A stretch of DNA of 64,000 bases from Octopus sinensis (GCF_006345805.1 NC_043005.1:10292001-10356000); one strand, 5' to 3'. Positions 26,367 to 41,783 are shown, numbered from the stretch's first letter. Made by a program: numbers and translations. Notes: generated from the letters alone by a model not told the origin.

Positions 26367-29300
26367 TGTCATCCCCTCTGTCAATCTACAATAGTTTGTG
26401 TGTGTGTGTACACGCATGCATGTATGCTTGTGTATAAGAGAGAGAAGAGAGAAAATAGTTTGAAATGGAATAGATTCCCAGGTACTATCTTCAGGATAAA
26501 TGATAGTTAATTTGGAGCATTCTCCTACTTCCACTTAGCATGACTTACCAATCAGTCTTAATGAGCTTTGAATATCTATTATTTCAATAAAATTTTATTA
26601 TTTAGCACAAAATATACAGCTAATTATTCATTTGTTTCTGACTGATTTCATTAAGTTGGTATCTGAATTAAAAAAGAAAAAATAAAGACATTATTCTTTA
26701 TATGGAAAATATAATACGAATGAATTTAAGGACTTGAATGTGAATGAGTCTCAATTTAATGAAACAAAATACAATTACTGAAGTAATCTTATTGCAATTT
26801 GTTAAAACATGAATAATTGGCAGTTATAACCTGAAAAAGAGATAATCCAATTTTGATAATGGAGTTACATGATTGAGAAAAAAATTCAGAAAATAATTAA
26901 AAATGAATAGTCTTCCATTTTCTTATTGCATTTAACAAAAATGTTGTTTTTCAAACAATCACAATTTCCATTCTCTTACTCATGTTTGTTGTTAATATTG
27001 CTGTCGTTGTTGTTTAACCCCCAAAGTTAGTCTACGACAAAAGACATTCCTAAGTATTACTGTCCCATCTTTTTTTGTATAAAGAAATAGTGTATCTAGG
27101 ACTATATTATTTAATGTGCCAATGTGCCTTGTTTTCTTTTTAGACTGCATAGATATACTTAGGCTCATGTTATTGTTGTTAGTGTCATTTAAGTTGTTAG
27201 TGCCATTTAAGTAGTGCTGATATTATTGTTGGTGGTGTTCCTTGCAGGTTAGACCTAGTCAAACAGATTATGATAAAAGATATTACGACTATCACTAACC
27301 TATATTTTATAATCAGTGTTAAATTGTATTAAATTGGACATCGAAGTTCTTTCTCATTTAAAATGGGAGGATGTGATTTGACAATTTATTAGCTTTTTCT
27401 AACAGCTCAGACAATTTTATAAAGACTCCCCCAACTTTCCTAAGGTTGACTGAACAGATTGAGCTATTAAAATTACTTCTCTATTATAATATACTTGCTC
27501 ATTTCATTTCATCTAGCACTTCTGAGATGAGCTCATTGAAATATATATATATTTTTAATCTTAGTCATTTCTGTGCTCTGATCATAACTTTGTGCTTTAT
27601 ATTGCTCACAAAACTTTATCTCCCATTGCCAACACCATTCTATGCAGCTCACTTGTGAACTGTGTTTGAACCCTTTTATGCCCTACTATGTCCAGTCACC
27701 AAAACAGTTTAGTGAATCATAGTTATCTCATGTGTGTTCTCCCATTTTACAGATTTCCAATGAGTCATATTCACTATTTTTTTTTATCTATTCATTCATT
27801 TTGCCTTTGCAAGTTCTTCCATCAGTTTCTGTTTGAAAGAAAAATAAGTTGAACTCTGTAACTTGTTTACAATTATATTTTTGCAAATGAATATTCTCAT
27901 TATCAGTAATCGAATTATCAGCAAAATTGAAGTAAGATGTATCATATTCTTCCTCGATATAAATAAATAATTTACTTTCTGATTAATTTGCATTTATGGA
28001 AGAGTTAACAAACACATCCACTCCTCACAACAAACCCTACCCCTTCAAAAAAAAAAAAAAGAAGGAACCTCATTCTTGTATCTTGCTTTATTTATCAGTT
28101 TTTTAAATTCTAAGTTTTTAAAATTGTTGTCCTTGTCTTTCATTTTTCCCATGTTGATTGAATAACTACAAATGATTTTCTGGAATTAATTCATGTTACT
28201 GTAACTATCCATATAAAAACAAACTAGCTTTGTTTCTGCTAAAATGAAGACAATGGTTAATTATTCCATGATGATGATGATGATGATGATGGTGATGGTG
28301 ATGGTGGTGATGATGATTAAATAAAAAAAAAATACTTTTATTTTAATCCCGAGCATCTATATTTAGGTATCCATAAAATAATGTTCAAAAACCTAAATAT
28401 TACTCCAATTACCCTGAAAATATTGATTTGTCTTTGAAATGCCATTATAAAATAAGTTATTCAACTTTATACTGTTTCTTTCTCTATTATGAATCTTTGA
28501 TGTTGTGAAGTCTCAGATCAACCTTGATCAAAATGTTCTATGATTAAAGATGACATAACCAAAGCCAGTGTGTCATTTTGTGTATCTTGATAATATATTA
28601 CACAATGTGTCTTTCCACTTTTATAAAAAGGATTGAGATGAGGAAGTTTTGACTATTATTTCTTGGAGGTTAAACAATCATGTAGTTTCCATCATTGGCT
28701 CACTAGAGCAGAATCATTTATTTACTTGTATAATCATGTTATTTCTAATGAATTAAACCAAATAAATTCTTCTTCTTTTTCTTCTTCTTATTATTATTAT
28801 CATTATTATTATTAGCTTCGTATTTGTTGTTGACAGTTTTTTCTAAAGAAAAATGATAGCTTCAAAATATTCTTGTATGTAGAAGTCCTGAGGAAATGAT
28901 TTTGAATATTGATGATTTAATAACCATGATCTTCACAGTCAAATAACAGTTATAGAAGAACACAGAGACAAGCCTGCAAGCCATGTTCTGTTGGTGTAAA
29001 CAATGTCAACATAAATATTCTTAACACAAAACTTCACTGAGGTTTTTATTAAATCAAAAATATAAATGTCAACAACATGAGTGCAGGCATAGCTGCATGG
29101 TTAAGAAGTTTAATTTACAAACACATAGTCCAGGGTTAAATCTTAATGCTTGGAACTTTGGGCAAGTGTTTTCTACCATAGCCAAGAGTTGACCAATACC
29201 TCATAAATTTATATTTAGTAGGCAAAAACTCTGTGCAATCTCATTGTTATATGTGTATGTGTCAATGTCCACTTTGCATTTAGAATGTTATGAGAATGAT

Positions 29301-31016
29301 GAAATAAGTACCGGACCAGAATAATATAATATAATCAACTAATACTCTTAAAGTTTGTACTCCACAATGGACAAAGTCTAGTGATTGAAACTAGTAAAAC
29401 TAAAAGAACAGAAAATATTCAAGTTTTTCTCTTTAATTATTTTTAGATGAATATTTTGATAGTCTGCCATTATACATATTTATATGCACACACACATACA
29501 CACACTCATACACGCACATGTGCACACCCACGCACACACACCTACACATCTTGGTACTTTAATTATAAAAGTCTTCATGTAATTGGTGGAAAATTAAATT
29601 TCTAATAAGTGCTCAAATTGTGTATTGATGCTAAATGAAAGTCTTCTTATTAATTAAATGTTACAATGATTCTGATATCAATAAGTAAGAACTATTGCTA
29701 TTTGTTAAGACTAATACCAGAAATAATAGATTTCCTGAGATTATGGGTAGTTTCCATTGGGTAACCTAATCAATGCAAGATAAAGTAAATTTTAAATACA
29801 ATATCAAGTGTCTGTTGTTGTATAAGAAAAAATTTGTGTTCCATATTGATTACAAATTTTCTTGCCACTTATTGTTGTGCTATATACACTGTTTAATAGT
29901 AAACACTATTTAATAAGATAAAAATAAAATATTGTCTGGAAATTAGTGGAATTACTATGAGAAATATTGTAGTGAGAAAAAAACGGCATCTATGTAATTG
30001 CTTGACTGCTGAAATTAGCAGCCAAATTTCCTCCTTCAAATCATGTCATTCCATCTTTAGAATGGAAATATATATTTGAATAATGTAATCTTAGATATAC
30101 AATGTCTGAAAAAAAAATATGAAGGGATAGTCATGGCTGTAATGCTTTTGATGATTGGTTGGCTTGGGCTGATCTTCTATGTAAGTACTCAATCTGATAG
30201 AAATAGTTACCAGATCTTTATCAAATAAGAGAAGAGCATTTTGGAAAATGCAATCCTAGGTGTAACCTTTAAAAGATGAAATCTTGGCTGGACTGTCTTT
30301 GATTGTAGGTCTGCTCAGTCAGGGTTGACCTGAAGCTACACAATAACAAGTGGATTCAAACATGTTAAAGTCAGTATATAAAATATTTTGAATCTAGAAT
30401 TGCGTTATTGAGATTTAAAGTAATGTGAGGTAATGGAATTATTGAATCTGATATAGCTAAATAACTGTTATAGGTTTGCCCCTTCTAGAACAGAAATAAT
30501 ACACTGTCTTAGAAGGTGTAATGAAAACTGACCTGTGCAAATTTGATACAAGAAGAGGTTAGAAACATAGTGAGATGAAAGTTGATGCCAGCTACACCCA
30601 TATTATTTACATCTAGATAGCATAAAATAGAAAATCATAATGATAAAGACAATGATTATAAAATAGACTTGTAAATATATCAAAGATATTAAACTATTGT
30701 ATGATTGAGCTTGATGTTGTAAGAATTCATAATTCTGTAGTTAATATTGGTGATTTCCTCTTGGAATTATGAGCTCTATACTGTTAAGTTGGCATTGTTT
30801 ATTTGATAAGCTGTTAGAGTCAAACAGATAGTATTGATTTCTGCTTTCGTAATTACATTTGATATCATTTAGTAATATTCTATTGCATTGTTATAAAAGA
30901 TATTGGAGGTGATAATGATAATTTGAATGAAGGTTCAGATTCAAGACTCAACAGTTACTGAAAATAAATTAATACAACCTATACATGCGTATTATTCTTT
31001 TGTTCTAAGATTTTAA

Positions 31017-31207
31017 CCCTTTAATAGGGCGATTGTTAATAAGTGATTCATTAAAAATATGTTGAGATAGAAGTAATCAATAAGTGATTCTGACTTAAAG
31101 CATTTTTGAAAGGTATAAAACTTCAGTTTAAACCCATTATTAATTTTACATTATATTTTTGGGACTCAAGGTAAGAGGCTCAAATATTAATTAGTGTACT
31201 TAAAGGG
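31017..31207. mobile_element. piggyBac-type MITE, second family (191 bp)
   Basis: TTAA|ccctttaa ... ttaaaggg|TTAA; interior unrelated to P1. Confidence 0.7.
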
Positions 31208-31368
31208 TTAAAAAATCCAAAAGAATGTCTATAATACAAATTTATTAGCCAATTTATGGTAACTAACTATGGCTGTCTTTTAGTAAATCATCTTTTGCAA
31301 TTCTCCATTATTCCCTCTCTCTCTCTCTCTTTCGGAGAGGCACTGAGCAGCTATACGCACACATACAC

Positions 31369-31522
31369 ACACGGCAGTAACTTCCACCTACCGAATTCAA
31401 TCACAAAGCTCCGGTCGGCTTGGGGCTATAGTGGAAGACACCTACCCAAAGTGCCACGCAGTGGGACTGAACCTGAAACCATGTAGCTAGGAAGCAAGCT
31501 CCCTAACCACACAGCCATGCCC
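31369..31522 (-). mobile_element. SINE family A, 5' half
   Basis: Reverse complement of the family A head and core. Confidence 0.85.
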
Positions 31523-32826
31523 GTCAAAATGAAGAGACACTGAAGTGACTAAAGTCATTGAGTATTAAATACTCTGCAGTTTAAGATTTAATCAGAATGA
31601 CTGCTTTTTGTCATTTCTGTATCAATGGGTAGGTTTTATGGGGGCAGGTGACAAGGCCAAATGGAAACAACTCATCACCTGATGTGCCACAAAGGATGGA
31701 ATTAACTTTAGAAAGAGAAGAGTTGGTTTAAACTCTCTATATTCTTAGCTCAAGTCCCAACAGACTTGTCTTTTGTTTTCATCTTACTAGAGTTAATAAA
31801 ATGATTATCGGTGATTCACTGATGTCAATTTGAGTTTACCCATTTTCACCACAGATTTTTCAGCTTTGTAATAGTGCAATAATTTTTTATTGTATCCTAA
31901 TCAGTTTCTTCTCATTTTACTTGGTTACTTTGAATTGAAAGTTTTTTAATTTTTTCATCTTCCTAGTCATCTTCCTTCTCTGTTAATCATTCAATTAGAT
32001 TAACAGTGTCTTAGTTCCTGCTTAATTACTCCTTCCATACCTTCTTTGACTGGCCTACTTTTCTTCACAAAGCTTACACCAAGTACATCATCCATTATTA
32101 CATCTCCAAATTCTTGCAATTTCTTTTCCCTTATGCATCACTTAATGCATTTGAAACTTCCTATCCCATCTCAGGACATCTGGCTCCTTTCAGATTTGTG
32201 TTAGACATTGGAAATCCTATTCAGCTCACTCATTATCAGCTGCTGAAGATCTTTCACTTCTCATGTTTCATATTACAATCTGCCTTTTGAGCAAATAATG
32301 CTTTTAACATTATTAGAAACAGGAGATCAACTAAATTCTATCCATTCTCTGTTAATCTCAAAACTCATTTAATTCACCTTGGCAACAAATATTATCTACT
32401 ACAAGCCAAGGCAGCTCTATGTAGATGCTCAATCTGCTATAAATAGCTACCAAATTTCCCTCAAACTACTCTGTCATTTTGAAAAGAATAAGATACGTTG
32501 GATTATATAGATAGCAAACTGACAAAGGAAAGATAGTGGAGTTATTATTGGAATGTCTGTGACAATTATTTTTACATGACACAAAAAACAATGTCAAGTG
32601 CCTTATTTTTTGAAATGATATAAAAGATAAAAAAAAGTTTTCTCAACTGGAAAAAAATGTACAAGAATGGTGGTTACTTTGAACAGCTAAAATCCTTAGA
32701 AGCAGTGCCCCAGCATGGTCGCAGTCCAGTGACTGAAACCAGTTAAAAAAAATTACAGAATGTGTGTGTGTCTGTGTGTATCTGTCTATGTATGTGTGTA
32801 TATAATGTATGCATATATGTGAGTGT

Positions 32827-33217
32827 GGAGGTGCAATGGCCCAGTGGTTAGGGCAGCGGACTCGCGGTCATAGGATCGCAGTTTCGACTCCCAGACCGGG
32901 CGTTGTGAGTGTTTATTGAGTGAAAACACCTAAAAGCTCCACGAGGCTCCGGCAAGGGATGGTGGTGATCCCTGCTGTACTCTTTCACCACAACTTTCTC
33001 TCACTCTTACTTCCTGTTTCTGTTGTACCTGTATTTCAAGGGGCCGGCCTTGTCACTCTCTGTGTCACGCTGAATATCCCCGAGAACTACGTTAAGGGTA
33101 CACGTGTCTGTGGAGTGCTCAGCCACTTACACGTTAATTTCACAAGCAGGCTGTTCCATTGATTCGGATCAACCGGAACCCTCGTCGTCGTAACCGACGG
33201 AGTGCTTCCATCCATCC
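32827..33217 (+). mobile_element. tRNA(Arg)-like SINE family C, full length with TSD
   Basis: Head ggaggtgcaatggcccagtggttagggcagcggactcgcgg...gtttcgactccc; (tcca)n tail; TSD atatgtgagt(g/c)t at 32815-32826 and 33218-33229. Confidence 0.9.
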
Positions 33218-34949
33218 ATATGTGAGTCTTTGAAGAGATCTGGTTTCCCATCTTTGTTCTTTCCAGAACAAAAATTTCCAGTCACAGATCAATTCAATCA
33301 ACCTCCTGAAAGTTAATATTTAAATTCTTTCTAACCAAAGCCATTATCCTTTTCCCCTACTTTAATCATATGGTTTATCAGTTTTGATGGCCCTGAAGTT
33401 AACTTTATTGTACTACTCTTGTACTTAAAACATTTGATGGTGGTAATAATGTAGCTGTTATCTATAATAATATCTCAACTATCTTTATTTATCTATTTAT
33501 ATGTGTGCATATATTATTTATATATATGTGGGTGTATAAAAAAATAATATTGCTCCAACTAATCTTAATGCTCTTAGCTTTTAGTAATTTGTTTTTCTTT
33601 GGTACACCTCTCTAATTTGTTTACCTACTTGTATTGTTTAATTTATGTTCTCTTTTATGCCATCATTCTTAGTAATGTTTCCAAGCCTGTTCCTCTCTAT
33701 TGCTAAATTCTAGTAACCACGCATCATTATAAATGCATAATTGAAACATTTGCAAGATACTTAAAAACGACACAATCTTTTCATTGTAACTTGTATTTTA
33801 TGTCAGTGTCAGTTTCATATAAAATGCAAAATAGAATGGAAAATTTTATAAATATTTTATACAAATCTTGTATAAAATATTTGTGTGATTTTTGTCTTTA
33901 CATCTAAAATTAATAAACTCGGAAATAATACTACTTCTCCTTTACTTTTTCATCAAGTATGAGTAATCTGTAAAGCAAATAAACATACATGCAACACTAG
34001 ACTTCTATTTGTGGTTAATATATGTCGGAAAGCTTCTCTATCATGAAGGTTTGGCCCTCTTTGACTTCCACATGAGTAATCATTAAAGCCAAGACCTTAG
34101 AAAAACACATATTTCATACTGATTAATAAACTGGTGAATCAAATGCATGACTTCCTATGTGATATGACGTCATTCATCTGAGATTTCTTTAGAGTCCAGC
34201 ACCTAGAAGTTTCCACACAACTGGGCACGTTGCTAGACAAAAGGAGACTATATTAGATATTGATTGTTAAATCATGTGATTTCCTACACAAAATCTGTCT
34301 GAAATGGAACATACAAATGGAAAATAAACTAGGAGTTCAATTCTATTCACTATATTTCTTTGTGTATTTAGCTACAAATATACATTTGTTACATTATTTG
34401 TTATAATTAATTTAGTCATATATTTTAAATTTAGACTAACAGAAGCAGTATGAATTCTGTGTGTGTGAGAGGGAGAAAGAGAGAATGTGTGTATATAAAT
34501 TTGTGAAAACAATGAACAGTTTTTCTATTATACATACTATGTTAATTGCATTTAACTTTAATCTTTTTAGTTTCATACTTTCTTATAATCCTTCAAACTG
34601 GAATAATAATTATTTTGAGGTCTATCAATATTTCTTGACCTTCTCAGTCTCATTTCTGGATGACATGCTTGTTAGCGGCAGGTTTTTATTGCTGTGGTCT
34701 TGTAGTGGGTTGTAAGGATGTGATATGAAATGTTTAACCTTTAATTCCAAGTTACATTAATATATCATGTTCTTAGTTTATTACTTGGGTTTTGTATCTG
34801 TATGTTGAAATTCAGTTTCTATTTTACTACTAGCAAAGTAATGAATGTTAGTCTTTATAAGTAAAAAATTAAAATCTCTCTCTCTCTCTCTCTCGTTCTC
34901 TCTCTGTATGTGTGTAGAGTAGATTATATACACACACAGATGTGTATAT

Positions 34950-35075
34950 CCATCCATCCATCCATCCATCCATCCATCCATACATACATACATACATACA
35001 TACATACATACATACATACATACATACATACATACATACATACATACATACATACATACATACATACATACATGT
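34950..35075. repeat. (CATC)n(CATA)n microsatellite
   Basis: Direct reading. Confidence 0.95.
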
Positions 35076-35354
35076 ATACAAACATACATGCATGCATGGT
35101 GATTGCTTCATCTTGCCAGAGGATAGCCATCTCACATTAAACTAATAAATAAAATGATGTAAGTGAAACATCTGTAGATTGTTAGATTTAAGTGACAAAA
35201 AAATGTACAACTTTCTTGGTCACCATAGTAGGTTTCGGTTACATGCATTGCAAAATAATTAGACTGCAAATTTTATGTCTAAGTATCTTTCTTGAAGAAG
35301 AGCAGCCTTCACCATGGCTTTTTAAAAAATGACAAAAACCTGCTCTACTCTTAG

Positions 35355-35391
35355 GAAATCTATTTAAAACATAGGCGGGACCCCAAGACAG
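35355..35391 (+). CDS. Candidate 37-nt exon (EIYLKHRRDPKT)
   Basis: cctgctctactcttag|...cag|gtatgt; only one frame is open. Confidence 0.2.
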
Positions 35392-35495
35392 GTATGTACT
35401 GGATATGACATTAAACTGCATCTGGTGATGAGTTTCCAGTTCTGGAGTTGTGGAATCACCCCTTAATTATCATCACTCCCAAGCCCATTATTCAT

Positions 35496-35562
35496 GCATA
35501 CATAGATACATACATACATATATACATACATGCATACATACATACATACATACATACATACA

Positions 35563-35596
<34 letters not shown>

Positions 35597-35610
35597 CATA
35601 CATACATACA

Positions 35611-35643
<33 letters not shown>

Positions 35644-35645
35644 GC
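35496..35645. repeat. (CATA)n microsatellite
   Basis: Direct reading. Confidence 0.95.
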
Positions 35646-38109
35646 ATGCATGTGTACATGTAGTTTCAATTTCTTGTAATTTTGAAAATGTCATATTCCT
35701 TTGTTAAATATATAAATGGTGTTTTGCTTATCCAGTTTGAATGAATTCTATAGAAAATGGAATAAAAATAGCAGATATTTTTGCTATGGTTAAATGTAAA
35801 GATAATATATTTCTTCCTCATCTTCAAAATATTTTAGATATTTATGTATATGTCTGTCTGTATGTCTGAGTACTTTCTTTATACACATAAATTACTTTTC
35901 AAAGCATTTTCAAATTAAGGTATGTAGTTAGTTCGAATTTTCTACATATGTCTAATTATTAAATGTGTGCATGTGATTGTGTGTCCTAAGATACTGCACC
36001 TGTTTCTGCTATTATTAAATTTTACTAATTACGTTTTTGGAACTAATATCATAAAATGGATTAAAAATTAATTTACAAATCTTCACCAACATTCAAACTC
36101 TAAAGTGACATAAATGTTTGTGAACTTATATTTAATGAAGAATATCTTTCTAATTTGGTTCTGCTGCTGGTTTTAAATTACTGGAGATGGTAACCTAGAT
36201 ATTAACCTTATTATAATTATTATTATTATTATTATTATTATTATCATGTTGCCATTGTTCACTGCCTTTCATCCTTTCATAGTCAATCAATTAAGTACCA
36301 GTCACACTGTAGGGTCAGTATAATCATTAAGTCCCCTCTCAAATTTTAGGCTTGCACCTGTAGTAGAAAGGATTGTTACTATTATGAAGGGGAAGAGGAA
36401 AAGGACAATGGTGATTTGGCTGAAAAAGTAGAGTGACAAGTGATATATACCCATTTGCATTTCGATCTTGACAATATTTTTAAAATTCTGTTCTAAGCCT
36501 TTATTTACCTGCAGTTAAATAATTAGATCTGGAAAGACAAAGACTCTATATATATATGTGTGTGTGTGTAAAGAGAGAGAGGGAGAGCAAAATACAAAGA
36601 CTGTGAGAATTACTGTTTCAATCAATGACTAATTTCTTAATCTTTGTAACCTTCTAAAGTGGTTGGGGAACCACAATACAAAGATTTGTTTACTGTCATA
36701 TTTTTCCTTAAGAAATTTAGATTCAATTTTTAATTTATTCAAATTGGAGCTATATATATTATATATTTATTGTTGAGTAAAACATATATATATAGGTATA
36801 AACTCAACTTTAGTCTTGGCTGATGAATCTCACTTGTGGTAATGTTTATCCAAGACATTTAGATTATGTGTAAATATTTCTGTACATTCATTCTACTTAA
36901 TATCCAATTAATCTCTTTCAAATAATTAGGTACATTTCATTTACAAGTTGATTCTTGTCTTGTTATTTTTATTGAAATATTTTTAATTATTTTTTAGCTT
37001 GCTTATTGTTAGATGATATTATTTATTGAGATTTGATCTGATTCAAAATAGACAAAATGAGATTGATGTCTTACTTTGATTTATTCATAGAAAATGGAGA
37101 TGATATCAATGATGTGTTTTATAATAGGAAAGATTCTCAAGAATTTACGATGACAAAAACTGAAAATAACTTCGATATATTTGATCTTATGTGCTGCGAA
37201 CACACACACACACACACACACTCAAATTCAGAAATCAATAGTTTGTGCACACTCATCCACTGACAAATGAAGTCTTATTCAATGTCTTTTGTGAATATAG
37301 TTTGCTAGTCACAAATTTTGTAGTCTGAAATTTGCATTAAATTCTTTAGTTTCTTGCAAAAGAAATATTTTTAAAAAATAATTGTAGTTATCAATTTCAA
37401 AAACTCTGTCAATATTTTTTAAATGCAATTTCTTATTATATTTTGAAATTTGAATCCTATAGCATTTTCTTTTTTATGCTTTGTTGAAGAAAATATTTCA
37501 CATTTTTATTCTATTTGTCATTATTCAAAATCTTGCTAAAGAACTCAGACTATTGTTTGTCAAATCCTATTTCTATCATTAAAAAATTGACATAACAACA
37601 TTCCTTTTTAGGGACAAGAGTTAATATATCTGAATCATTATCACACTTTGCTTGCTTTTGCATGTTCTATGTAATGTATTTTTTCTGAAACATAAGTTAC
37701 ATGAAAATATTAGCCTTAAATGATTGATTAACTCTTCATATGACAGACAAAATAAGATGTTAATTTCACTCAATGTTTCTTGATAATTCTTCAAATGAAA
37801 TAAGTTGTGGATTATGTTCCATGATATCTATTTCACTGAAAATTATTAGGTTGTGTATGATTACATACCTTCTCTCAATATCTATTTTATTTCTATAGCT
37901 GTTCACAACATCAAGCAATGAAACATTGCTTAATATTGCTTCAACTCATATGCAAGTCATCTTAAACAAAACTTGTCAATAGAAATTAGCAAAATCAGCA
38001 AAAGTAATTATCCCATGTAGAGGCAAGAGTAGGCTTAATTTAATAAAATTCTGAAACTGCTACTCCAACCTTTTTTGGGGAAAATATGCAATTCTTACAT
38101 TCAGATGTA

Positions 38110-38140
<31 letters not shown>

Positions 38141-38141
<1 letters not shown>

Positions 38142-38341
38142 GTTAATCCAAACAAGAAAACACAAAAAAAACACAGCAACGTGAGGACGTGGAACAAATA
38201 AAGTATTATTGGACGCTCAGGAAAGAAGGGAAGAAGGAGGGTTTACGTTTCGAGTGGAGCTCTTCGTCGGAAACATAGGAGAAGGAAAGATCCAAAGAAG
38301 GGAAGACAGAGGAAAAAAATCGCTGGCAGTACTCACAAGGT

Positions 38342-38346
<5 letters not shown>
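38141..38346 (-). mobile_element. Family H1 mini-element, full unit; hammerhead (38241-38274) mutated
   Basis: (TA)n on both sides. Relative to the 15598 copy there is a 1-nt loss at the cleavage site and a C-A mismatch in stem II. Confidence 0.85.
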
Positions 38347-38391
<45 letters not shown>

Positions 38392-41300
38392 TATTAATAA
38401 AATAGTCATAGTCAGCATTAATACTTTGAGTATCTTATTCTAGGTGGCCTTACCATATTTTCTTGAACTAGTAACCAGGATCTATTTATCTATATATCTG
38501 TCTGTCAACACAAACACATACACACACTCAAACACACATATACATGGGCACAAACATGGCCATGTGTTTAGAAACTTAGCTTAGCAATCACATGGTTTTG
38601 GATTTGATCACAGGACCCTAGAGAAGTGTCTATTAGCTTTGGGTCAACTAGTGCCTTACCAGTGAAATTTGGTAAACAGAAACTGTGGAGGCTCCTCAAA
38701 TGATATACTGGTTAGAGTTAGAATGTTGGACTTATGATCAAAAGGTTGTGGGTTTGCTTCCTGGGCCAGGTGATGCATTGTATTTTTGAGTCAGGTGCTT
38801 CACTTCACGTTACTCAGCTGAAAATGATAAGTAGCTGGGTGCTTGTGCGGCCTTTTCCCCATCTTGCTGTCACATCTGTAGTGTTTTACTCGATTAAGAG
38901 TGGGAGAGTTGAGAGAGCGTCTATATTTAATCACAAATATATATAAGCATATAAAACAGTTAGTGAAATCATAGTACATGTTTCCAGGTCCTACTCAATG
39001 TGAATGGCATCTATGAATTACACACAATGGTTTGCAAAATTGTTTTTATTTAGAGTTTTGCTGTTTTTTCAAGTACCATATGAGTATTTTTTAGAGTATA
39101 TATGCTGCATTAAACTGACTCTATCTTAGATATACAAAACGATGGGAGGGTTAGTAATGGAATGTTTTTGATTATTAACTCACTCCATGATGGGTCTACA
39201 CATTATGAACAACACTCTCTGATGGCATGTTTTCTTGTTTTTTGTATTTTTTAATGACTTCAGCTTCATCAACTGCAAGGACTGTCAGAGCTTTCTTTTG
39301 AGGGGAATTCTTTTGGTTAAAGGCCTTATTCATTCAGGATCGACTGATATGGTGCTCTCAACTTGTGTCTCCTTGTTTTTAGCAGTTCATCTTTGCTTGA
39401 TCATGACTTATTCAAGTGTATCCAAGATAATATAAATTAATGTTATTAGTCTATACCTTCAAGCACTTCTGTATACAATAATCATCATCATTGCTTTTAT
39501 GTTTGCTCTTCTATGGGTTGGATGGGACATTTTAAGAAGCTTTTTATAGCTGAATGCTTTCTCTAATATTAGTATCATCTTGCAACATGCAGGAATATGA
39601 TATATCTATCTTTAAGATCCAGGATATACATGGTTATCAACATTTCTTAAAATAAAGCATTCCATGTGAAGTGACAGTTTGAAATCTGGAAAGAAGTATG
39701 TCTACTGCATATTTAGATTCTGTATAACTCTTTAAATTTGGGGTTTTTGGCATTTGTAGTCTTAATAATTAATGCTGTATATCTCACAGGTTAAAATTGG
39801 GTAACTTAGATTATACTTTAAAATAAAATATATTGATCAATTATCTTGATATATGACTACTTTTTGTATACTATATAATCTAAAGGTACTACTCCAGAAT
39901 AATCTGACCTTTGCCATGATAGCTAAAAGAAATATTATTACTAAATTATGTATCTGCATTGTTTTCTTTCCTTCTTTCCAAACATCTATTTTATGTGAAA
40001 ATACCATAATCTTCACATGATTTTTTTTTGTGTGTTTATTTCATTTATTTTTTGTTTTATATATTTGTTTACTTATTTATTCATCATCCTCCACATCATC
40101 ATCATCATCAGCATCATCATATTTTCATTGATTGCAGTACAATTTATCCATCATCTACTTATTGAAGTAAATTAGTATTTATCTAGATTATACAAAAAAA
40201 AAGTGTAAATAATATTGAATATAAATGTGAAATTAACTATATAAAATAATCTTACATGAAATCACTGATATATTGTTTAAAATAATTTCGAAATTTGCAA
40301 TTTTATTATTGTGTAAATCTAATAAAATTTTCAAATCTTACATAAAATCATACCATATAGTTGTTCACATAACAGCTCAAAGAAAAAAATGGTTTTATTT
40401 AACCAGCAATTATTGTGTGTTTAAAACTAGGTTTCAGTTTAACTGCAAATTTTTAAGAAATAACTCTTCATTTTTTCCTATATCTAAATAATGCTTCAAA
40501 ATTCAATTGAAATAAAAGATTATGTTGTTTTTATTATGATTATTATTCAACAAATAAATAAATAATAAAAAGAATCCTTATTATCATTGAAGCAAGATCT
40601 CAAGAAATATTTTTCAATAAATGATGTTTTCTGTATTAATAATGCTCTCATTAGATCTCAAAAATAATATTTGCAAAATAAAACTCTCAGTGCCTGAATA
40701 TCTTTGCATATATTTGATAATATTTATTGGTATTGTGGCCAAATATCATGTATTGGTGCTTTCAAAAGTATTTGACATATTCATTAGATTATAAATTATC
40801 GTCTACAAGAAAGAAGCAAAAGATTTATTCTGATAATATTATGAATATACATAATATTGCATGATTCAAAAGGAACACACATGTGTGCACGTACAATGAG
40901 AAACTCCTATACATTTATATTTGTGTGTGTGTGTGTATATCATCATCACCATTCATTATAATAATAATAATTGTTTTAACATTTTGCATGCTTGCATGGG
41001 TCAGATGAGTCTACATGGGGGGTAGAATTTCTTGTGGTCTGATGCACCTCCTGATGCCAAGATTTATCTGTTTCCAAGCAAGGTAATAATCCCCAACTCT
41101 ATCAAACAACAAACATAGTTACATAGAGAGAACTAGGAAGAAACAGCACATTTTAGATGGGCCTTTTGTTTACAGAGGTTGTCAAAGATGTCAAAACGTA
41201 TCAAGAAGGCTGAATGTACTTTCACAGTAGACTGCAAGCAAATGGCACCAACTGTGCAGCTGTGGTTTACAGTCAGTGAACATGTGAGGCAAGGGGAAAT

Positions 41301-41632
41301 ACAATCTCACTCATACAAACACATACTTGTAAAAACACACACACAAACACATGACAAGCTTCTTCAGGTTCTGTCTACCAAATTATACTCACAAAGTATC
41401 GGTTGATTTGCAGTTTTGTAAAGGAGGCCAGGTGATAGTATCCATACAGCCAGACTAAACTTCTAACCACATAGCTCTGAAGCAAACTTTTAACCCACAT
41501 AACCCAATTTCACTCACATGGTATGGACCAAACATGCTACAGAAAATTAGAAAATGATACAGGCCCAAGATGCCTAGCATTAGAATGGACTCCAGAACCT
41601 TGTTGCTGTGAATTGATCTTCACCATTTGATA

Positions 41633-41745
41633 TCTTGTAAATTATGTATAAATTTTACCTTTAAAGGCATTTTTTGATATGTTGGCCATTGATAAAATTT
41701 TTTTCCCGAAAAAAATTTTATCCTATATATATACATATATGCTTG

Positions 41746-41783
<38 letters not shown>

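Noticed and set aside
19755-27828. Shared 12-mer ttccatcagttt next to minus-strand acceptors (19755, 27817) as paralogous exons
   Set aside because: A 12-bp match is expected by chance in 64 kb of AT-rich DNA, and the frames stop quickly.
32827-32900. tRNA gene
   Set aside because: The tRNA-like head lacks a proper acceptor stem and continues into a SINE body with tail and TSD.
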